Shown here one piece after another: positions 37,213 to 49,868 of a stretch of 64,000 nucleotides of DNA (position 1 is its first letter; each line of letters begins with the position of its first letter). Source of the stretch: Podarcis muralis (Eukaryota); the NCBI RefSeq assembly GCF_964188315.1, contig NC_135658.1:103974001-104038000 (forward strand), read 5' to 3'. The notes under the pieces are model-generated. The model saw only the letters and a program-made list of their open reading frames with translations. It ran no database searches and was not told where the DNA came from. A program made the position numbers and the translations under genes.

Positions 37213-40200
37213 CTTGTGTGTAAAATGTTGTTAAGGACCTCCTGATCCCCTGTACATTGGCCTGATGACTGAGGTCTTGGGCAGGGTCCTCTGCTAGTGG
37301 CAGCCATGGCTCAGATGCATAGCTTGGCTCATAGGAACGAGAAGCCATGCATTCAGTGTAGTGGGCAAAAGCCTATGGAACTCCCTCCAGTCCAAGCTTA
37401 GGTGGCACCTTCCTTGCTGACTAGACTTCCTTGTTCCAGCAGGCATTATCAGGTAACATTTGGTTTTATGATAATTTTATATTGCTTTATTGTCCCATTT
37501 TCTGTGAATTGTTTTTACGTATGCCACTTAAAAGTGCTAAATAAATAAAATAAAATAATAAAGAGCTTGCTGTGCACCCTCTGGGAGCTGTGTGGTTGGT
37601 GTGATACTGATGCAGAATTTGTTCTGCCTGCTGAATGCCTCTGGGAGCGGCTGCTGGTTTGATTTTGGGGCCACCCTTGCCTATCACTGCCACCTCCATG
37701 CTCCACTTTTGAGCCAAGAGTATTGCTGAACATAAGAGGTCCTGGAGAGAGCGTATGATATTTTACATTGATAGAATGTCAACCTTTTATAAAAATTAAA
37801 TCTGTTATCATTAGCTTTTTACTTTATATAAGATGATAACAAAGGAAAATCAAAGCAAGTCTTCTAAACTGTCCAGAGTAATTATCTTTCCAGAATGGCC
37901 TTTCTGTACAATGGCAGCAATTACGAAAAATGAAAGACGGGCTTCTCATTTTAATCCAATTAGCTTCCTACATTTACAACATCTCCTTGGTTTCCTTTTT
38001 TTTAAGCTCAGATTTTTATGAAGCGGAGCATCCCCTTCTCCTTCTGGTGACAGGGAAAAGAAGTAAGATGTAGAGAGTGAAGTCATAGAAGTAGACCGGG
38101 CAGCTAACTGGGGTGTTGTTGTTTAAGGGGTACTCCGGCACTGACAGATGTAGGGCAGAACTATAAATTCTCAAGCTGTTTCCAAAATGGTTCCAGAAGA
38201 GACTAATACCTCCCTTTTCACATTTTCTTCATGATAAGGGATCTACTGCACCATATTACATCTCTAATTTTGGAAGACTCTGGTCATGGAGCAGGACGCA
38301 TCCTGTAGCCCCTCTCCATGCCAGTATTTCCTCAGTTTCTCAGAGGAGCAACACTGGTGTTCCATGTGGGTTTGTCTTCCTTTCATATGTATATTTGTGA
38401 GGCAGAAACAAGCTCTCCTAAAACAAGTGAGAAGAAGCCCTCAGAGTAAACACCTGAATTTTTCACTGTGTTGCAACCTGCAAGAGTTTTGGAGGACTCA
38501 ACCATGGGAAATAGAAGCCAACTACTTCGTTTCTGTAACCTTTGGTGCCAATTTAGCTAAACACGTGCCTGAAGCTCTTTTTTCCATTCATCATAACCGC
38601 CCCCCCCACCCTGAAATGTGGGCACCTTTACAATTGATATTGTTTTTATAACAAAATTGTTGCCCACAAAACCACAGGGAAGGAAGTAAATCCCTTTTAG
38701 CTCTCCCTCCTCCCCAAAACCACCTTTAAAGGTACCTAGCAAGAAAAGCACTGTGTCTATTTGCCTGCAGTTTGGCAGGTTTCTGACCTAGGGGCATTCA
38801 GATCTAAACCAAATCAGACAGCCTCCAAAGTGGTTCAGACCAAATTTGCCTGGGTTTTTTAAAGCAGTAATTAGGGTCCAAGCCAAATCTCATGGTCATT
38901 GCACAACCTTAAATTACAAAATCAACTTTCCCATTGGAATCAGTGGGACTTCTTAATGCTGAATTTTGACTGCATCACACCCTGTGCTTTTTCTTGAATT
39001 GGTATCAATGCAATCTAGGAAGAGAGGTTGCTTTACTGTGAAGCTAACACTTTCCAAGCATTTACTCCTTAACAAGTAGACCAAAGCAGCTCTATTGAGG
39101 TACTCATTCATTTTATAAAAGTAACTGAAAAACTGCAGGAGGCTAATTGTATGAATCCATATTCACTTTCTGTTAAGAATATCACAAGAGAGTGCTCATT
39201 AACATTTGTACATTTTTATACCCTCTGGATGAATGGTAAAATCCCAGCCATCATTACAAACCGTTTGCTCCTTCTTTCCATCTATAATATGCAGTCACTG
39301 TGCAGAGTAACATTAGAGGAAAGTCGCTGCCCCGAAGAGAGTGCGATTTAAAAGAATGGGAAGGCTACATAGGGAAGAAATGAAAGTGAAAGAGGCAAAA
39401 TTAAAGGGAAGAAGAGATTTTACGCATCTTTAGACTTTGTTTTGGTGAGGGGTTGAGGGTGAAGTATACTTAAGTCACAACCTTCATAGAAGAGCTGAGC
39501 TTTGAGAAGGGCTTTGAAAGAAGACAGAGGTCTCACCATGCAGATATTCTGGGTTTGAATATTAGGTATAAGGGTCAGCAAAGAAGAAAAGCCTGAGCTG
39601 CTTAAGGGAATAGGAGATTTTTGGATGGCTTAGGTTGCAATCCTGTGTGCACACTGGAAATAAACTCCGTTGTGGCACATCTGACAGGAGAGAGCTCTTC
39701 AGTTATAACACAGAAAGCCTACCCTCCAAGTGTCCCTATTTTCCAGGGACAATCCTGAAATTACAGAAGCCGTCCCGGCTGGGGCCTCCTCCTTCCTTCC
39801 CAAGACTCATTTAATGGCTTCCAGGCACCTTCTCTCCTCCTGCCTAGGAAGAGAATGAAGGTGTTAAGACAACAGACTCCTGCCCCCTTCTTGCCAACAG
39901 TTCTACCCCTCTCTCCACCTTCCACAGCTGGCTCCAACCCCAATGAAGTTTGAGGATGTTGAGTGGGCTGGCCACACAGAGTGGAGCAGGTAGATTCTCA
40001 CCAAGCCATGGGAATGACAGACTAAGCTGAGGAGAGCACACTGCCTCCGCACCTGGTACACATGCACAGCAGTGCTTAATTCCTTCATGCAGTAATTAGA
40101 CTTAAGTGTGTTGGTTATATGAGGCTGCTTATTCCACACTTCCTTCTACTACAAACTGGGATTTCGAGCAATTTATGAGCAGGTTTTGGGCCTTTAATAT

Positions 40201-42198
40201 TCAGTATGTCCAGATTGCACTAGGTAGAAATCAGCAGGGAACTATGCTCAAGGATGCTATTTATGGTCTACTTTAAAGTGTGCCAGTGGTGGGTATTTTT
40301 TCTAAACTTAAGGTAAAGGGGTTGACATTATATTACAGATTTGTTTTAGAAGCTGTTCCTTAATGTCTTCCTTTTTTCAGTGTAAGATTTGCATAATTGA
40401 TGATCAGGTTCTACCAGTTGTCATGTTTATATGTGAAAATACTTTCCAATAGTCATTGTCTATGTCAGCATGAATGGTAGAGTATCAAAGGCACAGAGAC
40501 TGAATCATTATCCCCCCCCCAAAAAGTGTAACAGCTCCTGTTAATTAGACTACACAACATTAATAAGTTTCTGAATAATTCTTCAATCTGAGCTATGTTT
40601 ATTGGAACTAAGTCCCACTGAGTTCAATGGGTCTTATTCCTAGTGTACTTAGGCATCAAGTCACCTCAAGTGTATATGGATTTCACACTTTGATTGTTTT
40701 AGCAAACATGCCCACTCACCTGGGAATTCAGGAAACAAAGAGCACTGTGGGGACCTAGAAGTGTTTAACAATGGTCTCAGTATCTTCACTAACTACAATT
40801 TCCAGGAGTCTTTGGGGGAAGCTGTGCCAGTAAAACCAATATAAGTGATCAGAGTGTGCATTAGCCTTCCCCAGCCTTGGCTTCTCCAGGAATTTTGGAC
40901 TACAGCTCCATCAGTCCAAGCCAGTATTGGTACTGGGAACAAATGAGAAATCTCAAGAGAAAAGCCCTGCATATAGTCCGACTACGGAAATGAAGTTCAT
41001 TCTGTTCTCTGTCTAAATTAAAACTCCATCACGATCTTTTAAGATAGTATTGTTCAAATGTTCTACCTTTTAGGAACAAGTCCGCCCCTGGCTACAGGCC
41101 TCTTCACACATCCATTGAATGAAAGGGGCTCCAGAGAGTTACTGGGAAATGGAGTCTTGCTCCTTGTCCTGCTTCCTGGATGTCTGCACATTGATGCAGC
41201 TTTCTAAGCCAGGGAAGCCTATTTGTGAGCAGCTACTTGTGCATAGATTTCCCCACTGCAGTCATCAGTGCCAGTAAACATGTTCAGGGTGTTGTGCAGC
41301 TTCACGTCCCACCATCTCATAGATCCTGTACGCATAAAGGAGACTTAAATGTTGAATGGAAAGGTTGCTAGTGGTGAGCAAACTGTCTTTCCATGCAGTT
41401 TGTCCGCTGCCATTGCTGGTTTTTTTACTCCTGGTAACCTTCCAAATATCCTCCTGGTTTTCTGTAACACAGTGTGAAAATCACTGGTTTAGACCTTTGG
41501 GGTAACCACAACCATCTTGTCCAAAGGATACTTCTTTTAGCTTTTGCTTTCAGCAATGCTGTTCTGACCAGAAGGCATAAATACCCTATGGTCCTTAGCA
41601 CAGCAATAAAACTGACAAGGTCTGCTCTTTATAACAACCTAATTAATACAATCACATTAGCTTTTTACATCTTGCTTTAGTGTTCTTTCGGGATATGAGG
41701 ACCACTGACCTCTAAACTAAGAGTGTGTTCTTTAAGGCAGTTATTATATTACATTTGCCCTTATGCATTTCTTATGTTCATAGAAATTTTATTGGGCCTT
41801 ATTCTGTTCACCATTGTGCTCAGACACGGTTCTGGGCTCGCACACCCTTAAGTGAGTCAACTGTCAGAGAAATAGGGTTGAGTGGCATCACTTCATAATC
41901 CACATTCCAAATCTTCTAATGGCTGCTCCCAACAGCTTCATACAGATATTAAATAGTTTAGGGTACAAGTTGGTAACCATAATTCTCATTTCACCAAACC
42001 AGTCCAGGAGGATATCATTGTCAATGGTAGCAAAAGCCAATGAGAGATCAAATAAGAATAATGGGAACTTACTCCCCCATCTCTCTCTTGATAAAGGTCA
42101 TCCATCAGGGCAAACAGCAATATCTAACCTCAAAATTATGTCTGAACACATATTGAAATGAGATTAAATAACAAGTAACCACCAAGCATGCCTGAAGT

Positions 42199-42586
42199 CA
42201 GTGGTGTTGCAACGGGGGGGAGGTGCGGTGCGCCCCGGGTGCCATGTCTGGGGGGAGGGTGACAAGAAGGCAGTGCATGTGTGGTGTCGCACGCATGCAC
42301 TTTACGTAACAACACTGCACATATGCTGTGCATAGTGGTTTGCCAGTGGCGGTGCTCCAGTGCCGTACGGACGGTGGTGGGATCCTTCCATCGCTGCTAC
42401 AGCCGCAACCAGAGGATCCCAGCACCGTCTGTACGGTGCTGGAGCGCCGCCACTGGCAAACTGCTATGTACAGCACGTGTGCGGTGTCATTACGTACGGC
42501 GCATGCACTGTATGTAGCGACACCACACATGTGCCGTACATAGCAGTTTGCCGCCCCGGGTGTCATGACGCCTTCGTTCGCCCCTG
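42199..42586. mobile_element. hAT-like MITE with long internal palindrome
   Basis: 8-bp TSD cctgaagt at 42191-42198 and 42587-42594. Degenerate cagtgg.../...cccctg ends. Confidence 0.8.
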
Positions 42587-42602
42587 CCTGAAGTCACAAC
42601 TA

Positions 42603-42854
42603 CAGTGGTACCTTGGTTTTCAAACGTCTTTGTTGATGAACGTTTCAGAACTCGAATGCCGTAAACCCAAAAGTAAATGCTTCCATTTTTGAACATGCCT
42701 CAGAAGTCGAATGGCTTCCACTGGGTGTATATGTCATTTTTCTCAATTTTCTTTATTAAATTTGCAGACCGCATTTTGTGCCTTGGTTTTTGAACATTCC
42801 AGAACTCGAACGGTCTTCCAGAACAGATTACGTTCAAAAACCGAGGTACCACTG
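42603..42854. mobile_element. Tigger-like MITE, third subfamily
   Basis: TA-cagtggtaccttggttt...aaaccgaggtaccactg-TA. The interior differs from the 226-bp family. Confidence 0.88.
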
Positions 42855-42909
42855 TATTTCAGAAGGGTGTGTGTGCTACCAATGGAATGGTAGATGCAGA
42901 AAACCATTA

Positions 42910-43340
42910 AGCCCTTGAGGATGGCAGGCACCACTGTCTCATGTTGTGGACCCTGGACCCAGACTGTAAGCTGCCCTCCCCCAAGCTAGCCAAGAGAAAC
43001 ATAGGGCACATGGTTAGCCATATTGCTGTAAGCACCTTGTCCACATCATCAGGCCACATCAATTGAAACTGATCCCACAAAATTGGTCTAGACATAGCAT
43101 TGCACATCTCACTTGGACTTACTCTTAAGACAGCACCAGGTTCAACAAAGAGACTGGTGAGTTTATCCTCAAGGTGCCATGTCAAAGCGTCACAGCAAGC
43201 CATCAAGGGATCCAAAGCTTCATTAGCTGAGAAAGGTGTCAACAACCGTCAGAAAATTCTTAAAAGCTCAGCTGAGGATGCAGTGAAGCAGCCAAGGAGG
43301 CCTGCTTAACCAGCCACACAATAATGCACAAGGTCCATTT
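42910..43340 (-). mobile_element. L2 ORF2 pre-RT fragment
   Basis: HLEDKL...LWDQFQLMWPDDVDKVL. Confidence 0.65.
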
Positions 43341-44519
43341 TCAGCTGCCTATGCAATGGGACCTGCCATTTGTGATCCAGCACTGTCCAACCTGTTTCGT
43401 TCCCCAACTCTCATGATATTGTCCTGAATGAATAAGTGGATACAGCAGTTACAGATATGGGGATATGCCAGCCAAGATAAGGGTCTGCAATGAAAAAATA
43501 AATAACGGTTGAACGGGAATACTTAAAAAGAGAAGATGTCAGATTTAATCAGCAAGTAGGAATAACTTTCTGAACAGCAGTCAACATAAGCCAAGGGAAA
43601 GATAGGGTGAAAGAAGGGTGGAGAAATAAATGGAGCTGCAGCAAACTAAGTTTTTTCCAGAATGCCAATGAGGGTTAGGTTGGGAAGCTTGAACAAATTA
43701 ATGAAATATTGTAAGATGGAAAATTTAAAAGATGTTAAACAAACATTGGAGAATGCATAAACAATAATAATAAGATAATTCCTCAGATTTCTGAAATATT
43801 TCCTGCCTCCAGCTTGTATTCCTCTGCTTCTGACACGATGCATTGGCCCATTTGCTTGCCATCTTCTAAGGCTGCAGGAACAGAAAGCATCATACAGACC
43901 AGGAAAGGCAGAGCTGGCTGGCCAATGATCAAAGTTGGTATAAAAGAGTGAAAAGCACTACCTGCCAGAATAATTACTTTGGGGGGTTAAATTTAGGTAA
44001 GCGTAATTTGCCTGTAAGCGTACAAGACTTGATCAGTTGTGTACACACGCTAGAGTTTAAATAAGGCCATTCTGGGGGAAACTAAAGCATTGGCCCCTAT
44101 CCAACTCTAGTCATGCCTAATTGGTCGTATGTAATTACAGATGGCCTCAGACAGAGAAATGTAACACCATTCATATCAAAAGACAAATCCAGACACTTCA
44201 GAGGTGAGCATTGCAAAGCAGATGGAAATAATTCACCTGAATCCTGATTAGCTAAGTGTGGGGGAGGCTGCTTCCCCACATTGATCTCTCTCTTACTGGA
44301 TCAAGGAGGACATGCTTGAATGGTGCAGATTTATAATTTAAAATTATGTAGAAATATGATTCCATTTTTAAGTATCTGGGGAAGTTTTGTTTTCTCTGAC
44401 ATATTTTTGGATTTTCTTGACTTTCTCAGTAAGGTGCTAAAAAGACAAAAGGGTATTGGGCTTGTTCAGGTCCTCCCCGCCCCGACTGATGGAACCTGAT
44501 GGGTTCCTGAATGTTCTAG

Positions 44520-46372
44520 AAAGCTGATGATCTTGTTGAAGCCTTGGCCTCACTATGGAATAGTGAGATGAAATGGGCAGTTAACATGATCACTCTTGAA
44601 CATCCTCTCTGGTGTTTTGGAGCACAAGCGGCCTCTTGGTACTCTGAGCAGCTTCAAGCTATGAAGCAAGTCAAAGGAAGACTAGAGCCCCAGTGGCACA
44701 AGTCTTGCTTTGAAGCTGACCGGACAATGGTTAGAGCATAAAACTGTGCCTACCATGTGCCCATGCAGGCTACAAAGAAGGCTCATTTCGCAGCTTGCAT
44801 TGCATCCTCTAGTATCTGGTCCAGAGGTTACTGATTCACACTGTGGGAGGGGGACCACTGTGGGAGGTGAACAGCTGCCTACACACTTTGAGGACAAAGT
44901 TGCTCAACTTCAGAGTGATCTAGATTCTGCACTTGTTGCAGCTCCGGTTAACGTACTCAATGAAAGCATCAGAAATGTGTTGTGGAATCTATTTCACTTT
45001 ATGCAGTCAGATGATGTGAACAAAGTGCAGACAGAAATATGTCCAGTCACATGACCTTTTGACCACTCTCCCACCTGGTTTATTAAATCTAGCAGAGCAG
45101 GGTCTGACTGGTTGTATCCAGAGCATGATTTAATACCTCACTTGTGGGAAGGAATGATCCCTTGCGGCCTGAAAAAAGCAGTGGTGATGCCATTCCTAAA
45201 GAAATCAGCTCTTACACATCATTCACCTCTTCATTTAGGATTCTCTGAATCCTTCGACTTCCCTCCGCCCTTCCATGGTTACCATTATCAATCTTTTTTT
45301 CATCTGCTTATCCTATTTTCTATAATTTGTCCAAAAAAATTAATAATCATTTTTTCCAGTTTTTCATACATTATCAAAATCCTGCCAAAGTTTTTAGTTG
45401 TTTACAGTGTTCTCTTAAGTACATTACAATTTCCCCCCATTCCTTCCTGAAATTCTTCTCTTCCTGGTTTCTGATTTTCCCAGTCGGTTTCGCCATTTCG
45501 GCATAGTCTATCATCTTCATCAGCCATTCTTCTCTGGTTGGAACTTTGTCTTCTTTCCATCTCTGGGCCAGTAGTATCCTCGCTGCTGTCGTCACATTCA
45601 TGAAGAGTTGTTTCTGCTCCCTCGGAATTTCTGTGCCTAAAATGCCTAACGAAAAAGCCTTCTGGTTCTTTCACAAATGTTATTTTAAGCATTTTTTTTC
45701 AACTCATTGCAAATCATTTCCCAGAATGCTTTAGTTATCTTGCACGTCCACCACATCTGGTAGAAGGTGCCTTCTTTCTCCTTACATTCCCAGCAAACAT
45801 TGGAAGCAGTTCTACACATTTTTGCTAGTTTTACAGGTGTTAAATTCCACCGATACATCATTTTCATATAAATCTCCTTCAGCGCACAGCATGCTGTAAA
45901 TTTTAAATCCTCCCTCCATAATTTTTCCCAAGGTGGAAATTGAATATTGTGCCCAATGTCTTGAGCCCATTTTATTATTACTGATTTGACTTCTTCATCC
46001 TTAGTATGCCACTCTGGCAACAAATTATACATTTTAGAAAGTAACTTCACATTATTTTCCAATAATTCCTTTTCAAACCTTGAAAATCCACTTTTCTTAT
46101 CTATTTTAAACACATCATTTACTTGATGGTATTGCAACCAGTCTGTAAGTAACTGTGTTTGAATTTAAATTTGTTATGTAAAACTTAATAATTTTTTTTA
46201 AAAAAAATAATAATGAAATTTTAAAAAAATAAATCTGCTCTTAGACTGGGACAACTATTGACAAGTCACGAATGACATATTTTGGGGGAAGGTGGTGGAG
46301 AGGGTTATGGTGGGGCAGCTGCAAGCCTTCCTAGATGACACAGATTATTTAGTTCCATTCTAATCTGGGTTC
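44520..46372 (+). mobile_element. L2 ORF2 fragment split by an L1-clade insertion
   Basis: HFEDKV...DDVNKV...LKKAVVMPFLKKSAL | resumes at 46231 with WGKVVERVMVGQLQAFLDDTDYL..F.SGFR. Confidence 0.8.
45215..46230 (-). mobile_element. L1-clade LINE 3' end, apparently 5'-inverted
   Basis: Minus strand: KMMYRW.LTP, CWECKEKEGTFYQMWWTC (zinc-knuckle-like), TAARILLAQRWK. A-rich tail on the plus strand at ~46180-46230. 13-bp TSD aaatc(a/t)gctctta at 45202-45214 and 46231-46243. Confidence 0.85.
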
Positions 46373-47308
46373 AGATTTTATATCTAGACTCCAGTAAGGC
46401 TTTTGATAAAGTCCTCCATGATATTCTTCTGGAGAAGCTGGTAAAATGGGGGTGAATGAGGTTTCTGTTAGGTGGATTTGTAACTGGTTGACTGACCAAA
46501 CCCAAAGAATGCTCACAAATGGTTCCTCATCATCCTGGAAAAAAATGGCAAATGGGGGTGACAAATGGGGTGTGTGTGTGTGTGTGTGCCACAGGGTTCT
46601 GTCCTGGGCCAGTTCTTCTTCAACATCCTTCTAAACAACTTAGGTGAAGGAATTGAGGAGATGCTAATCAAATTTGCAGATGATGTCAAAATGGGAGTGG
46701 TAGCTAATGCTGGCGTTGGGTATGTGCGGCCTGGAAAAGAAGAGCCTGAGAGGAGATATATTCAAATATGTTAAGGGCTGTCACATGGAGGAGGAAACAA
46801 GCTGTTTTTCTCCTGCTCCAGAGGGTAGGGCTCGAATGAATGGTTTCAAGTTACAGTGGTACCTCTAGTTACGAAAGTAATTCATTCTGGAGGTCTGTTC
46901 TTAACCTGAAACTGTTCTCAACTTGAGGCGTGCTTTCGCTAATGGGGCCTCTTGCTGTCTTTGCACCACTGGCACATGAATTCCGTTCTCATCCTGGAGC
47001 AAAGTTCTCAACTTGAGGTAACTCTTCCAGGTTAGTGGAGTTTGTAGCCTGAGGCGTTTGTAACTCGAGGTACCACTGTACAAGAAAGGAGAACATGACT
47101 AAACTTCAGAGCTGATGATAAGAGCTGTTTGACAGTAGAACAGACTCCCTCAGACGCTGGTGGAGTCTCCTTCCCTGGAGGTTTTTAAACAGAGACTGGA
47201 CGGCCATCTGTCACTGAAGCTTGACTTGAGATTCCTGCATTGCAGGGGGTTGGACTAGATGACCCTTGGGGTCCCTTCCAACTCTACAATTCTATTATTA
47301 TGATTCTG
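46372..47308 (+). mobile_element. CR1 RT/3' end, internally deleted, with nested MITE
   Basis: YLDSSKAFDKV, VPQGSVLG, KFADDVKMG, and a 3' UTR with attctat-type tail. Confidence 0.85.
46854..47078 (-). mobile_element. Tigger-like MITE nested in CR1
   Basis: Inserted at ttcaagtTA|caagaaagg with TA duplicated. TIR cagtggtacctc / gaggtaccactg. Confidence 0.9.
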
Positions 47309-48504
47309 TAACTAGGAGAATGAAAGTAACTTCTTAACACTAATAATAAGGAACATGAAATGAGGTAAACAGTTTTGCTTCTGCACTAGTTAGAATCCCA
47401 TGGTCAGTCAAATTTTGGCTTTTTTGTTTACTGCATAGAAATGACTACACTAGACATTACAGTGAATTATCAGGGGATTAGTATACTTTTGACATAACAT
47501 CAGATCACAAAAGACTTCAGTCAACAGAATGTGATAACATTCCATACAATTGAGAAAGAGAAGTCACAGACAGGATTATGAGGTGTGTGGGATTTACAAG
47601 AACAGAATTCTTCTAATGCTACAAATGGCTGTGAGCTGAAGTGATAATTGAGTGTTGCGGTAAACATATTGGACAAAATTAATCCCTGATGTGATACCTT
47701 TGAAATCAATGGAACCCCATCAGAGATGAATTATCCCAAAATACATTAGAAATTTTTAGAAGGCATTGAAATGAAAGATTACTGGTGTGAAGAATTGCAG
47801 AGAATCAATGAACAGCATCCCCCTTATATCTTAAACCAGTTTGTCAAGTACTCCTGCCCCCCCCCCCCACTCTAGGCTATTTTGCTCAGAAGTGGGTGTT
47901 GAAAATTTAAGGAGTTTCATTTGCTGAAAAAGGTCAAAGCAGGAGAATTGTTGAAGTAGGAACATGAAGGAGACAGAATCTGTTATGTTAACATGAGTGT
48001 TGAGTATAATTTGAGTGGAAGTTCATTTGTTTCCATTATGGCACTTCAGTTTATGTAGCTTGAAGATGAACTTTACAAAGTGTAAATTATATGCAGTTGT
48101 TTTTATGGTGAATTTGAAAGTTCTTCTCTCTTTCTCTTTTACTCAGTTTGTTCCCAAGTCACACACAGCAAAATTACACTAGACTGATAGAGAAACAGAA
48201 GCTGTTTTTGCAAGAAGAAAGATACAAGGGGTGGGACCCAGAGTTGTTGTTGATTACCATCCTTTACACTAAGTTCCCAGGGCAGGTTATAGCATTAAAA
48301 TACAACATTAGAAGTTAGCTGTGGGCACTATTGAAATCAAGGACTTATGTTAGTCATGACTAAGGAGGAGCAGCTGGAGGAGGAGGAGGAGGAGGAGGAG
48401 AGGACGGAGGGGGGGGGGGGAGAGCTGAGAATAAGATGCAGCTGTGGGCAGCCTGAGGAAGGACCAGCCATCTTGGGCCTCCCCATGAAAAGCAGGTCTA
48501 GAGT

Positions 48505-48905
48505 AGGGTTGCCATATCTTGAAGAGCAAAAAGAAGACAGCCTGAGCTGCTGCTGCCAGCCTGAGCCGGAGACAGAGACGCAGGCACAAGGGGCTGCTGC
48601 CTCTACGTCCACATGCCTCTTTCCCTGGCCCGGGCTGGCAGCAGCCAAGGTATGCAGAGCCGCCTGAGCCCAAGTCCAAGCCGCTGCCAGCCCAAGTGGA
48701 GGCAGGACCCCAGCTCCTACCTGACCTTTGCTGTGATGGTCTTGCTCCACTGCCAGGCTGTGCCCCACCCCACCCCAACCTCCCAAATAAAAATAAAAAA
48801 ACCAAACCCAGAAATTTCCTTTGAAATGTAAAATCCACCCAGATGGGCATGTTGACCCCCCAAAAGAGGACATAAAATAAAATAAAAATCCTTCCAGTGG
48901 CACCT
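48505..48905. mobile_element. Harbinger-like non-autonomous element (agggttgcca...tggcacct)
   Basis: Terminal motifs plus aaaagaggacat subterminal motif. TSD not resolved. Confidence 0.45.
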
Positions 48906-49284
48906 TAGAGACCAGCTAAGTTTGTTATTGGTATGAGCTTTCATGTGCATGCACACTTCTTCAGATACAGGTTTATATGTGTTTCACCGTGGAGATGTGT
49001 GACTCTCCCTTCACACCTAGAGCTGCCTATTTGTGTGCAGGAAGTGGGGGTGGCAGCTGGGGTCACAGACTCAGGCATCTCTGGGTGAATATGCTACTGC
49101 TTTGGGTGGGACAGAATTATGAAACTGCTTACACTTTCTAAATACTCATTCAGACTAATTCTGTTTTATTCTTTTTCTGCTTTTTACTTTTTACTGAATT
49201 GTTGCATTTAATCAGTTTGGGTTTTTTAATATTAGAAAAAATGAAAATTCATTAGGGCTTTAGTGAGAATTTCTCCTAATATGG

Positions 49285-49821
49285 ACTGCACTGGCTCCCG
49301 GTGGAGTACAGGGTCAGATTTAAGGTGCTGCTTTTGACCTTTAAAGCCCTTCACGGCCCAGGACCCTCGTACCTACGGGACCGCCTCTCCCGGTCTGCCC
49401 CACGGAGAGCCTCAAGGTCCATAAATAGCAACCCCCTAGTGGTCCCGGGCCCTAAGGAAGTTAGATTGGCTTCAACCAGAGCCAGGGCCTTCTCAGTGAT
49501 GGCTCCGGCCTGGTGAAACGCTCTGCCTCATGAGACCAGGGCCCTGAAGGATCTGATTTCTTTCCGCAGGGCCTGTAAGACAGAGTTGTTCCGCCTGGCC
49601 TTTGGCTTGGAGCCAATTTGATTCCCTCCCTCCCTCTCTTTCTTTTTTCTTTTCCTTCTCCTCCTGCAATGAGGCTACATTTTAATATTTTAATGTTTCA
49701 TTATTTTAATGTTGTATTTTAATTTTGTTTTTAAGTTGTAGTCATTCTTCTTGTTTTTATTATTGCTTGTAAGCCGCTCTGAGCCCGGCCTTGGCTGGGG
49801 AGGGCAGGGTATAAATAAAAA

Positions 49822-49866
<45 letters not shown>

Positions 49867-49868
49867 TA
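49285..49868 (+). mobile_element. L2 LINE 3' end with (TTA)n tail
   Basis: EYRVRFKVLLLTFKALHGPGPSYLRDRL...RARAFSVMAPAW*NALP...FRRACKTELFRLAF, then 3' UTR and (att)n. Confidence 0.92.

Noticed and set aside
36709-37245. 178-aa ORF
   Set aside because: Artefact of reading through the N gap.
42910-45214. Two L2 fragments covering the same ORF2 region in opposite orientation, like an inverted duplication
   Set aside because: They are too divergent at nucleotide level by eye, so they are better explained as independent old copies.
48347-48903. GC-rich region with an E-rich ORF and several overlapping ORFs, resembling a promoter or first exon
   Set aside because: The E-run is a (GGA)n microsatellite, and most of the rest lies within a Harbinger-like element (agggttgcca...tggcacct). 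No recognisable protein.
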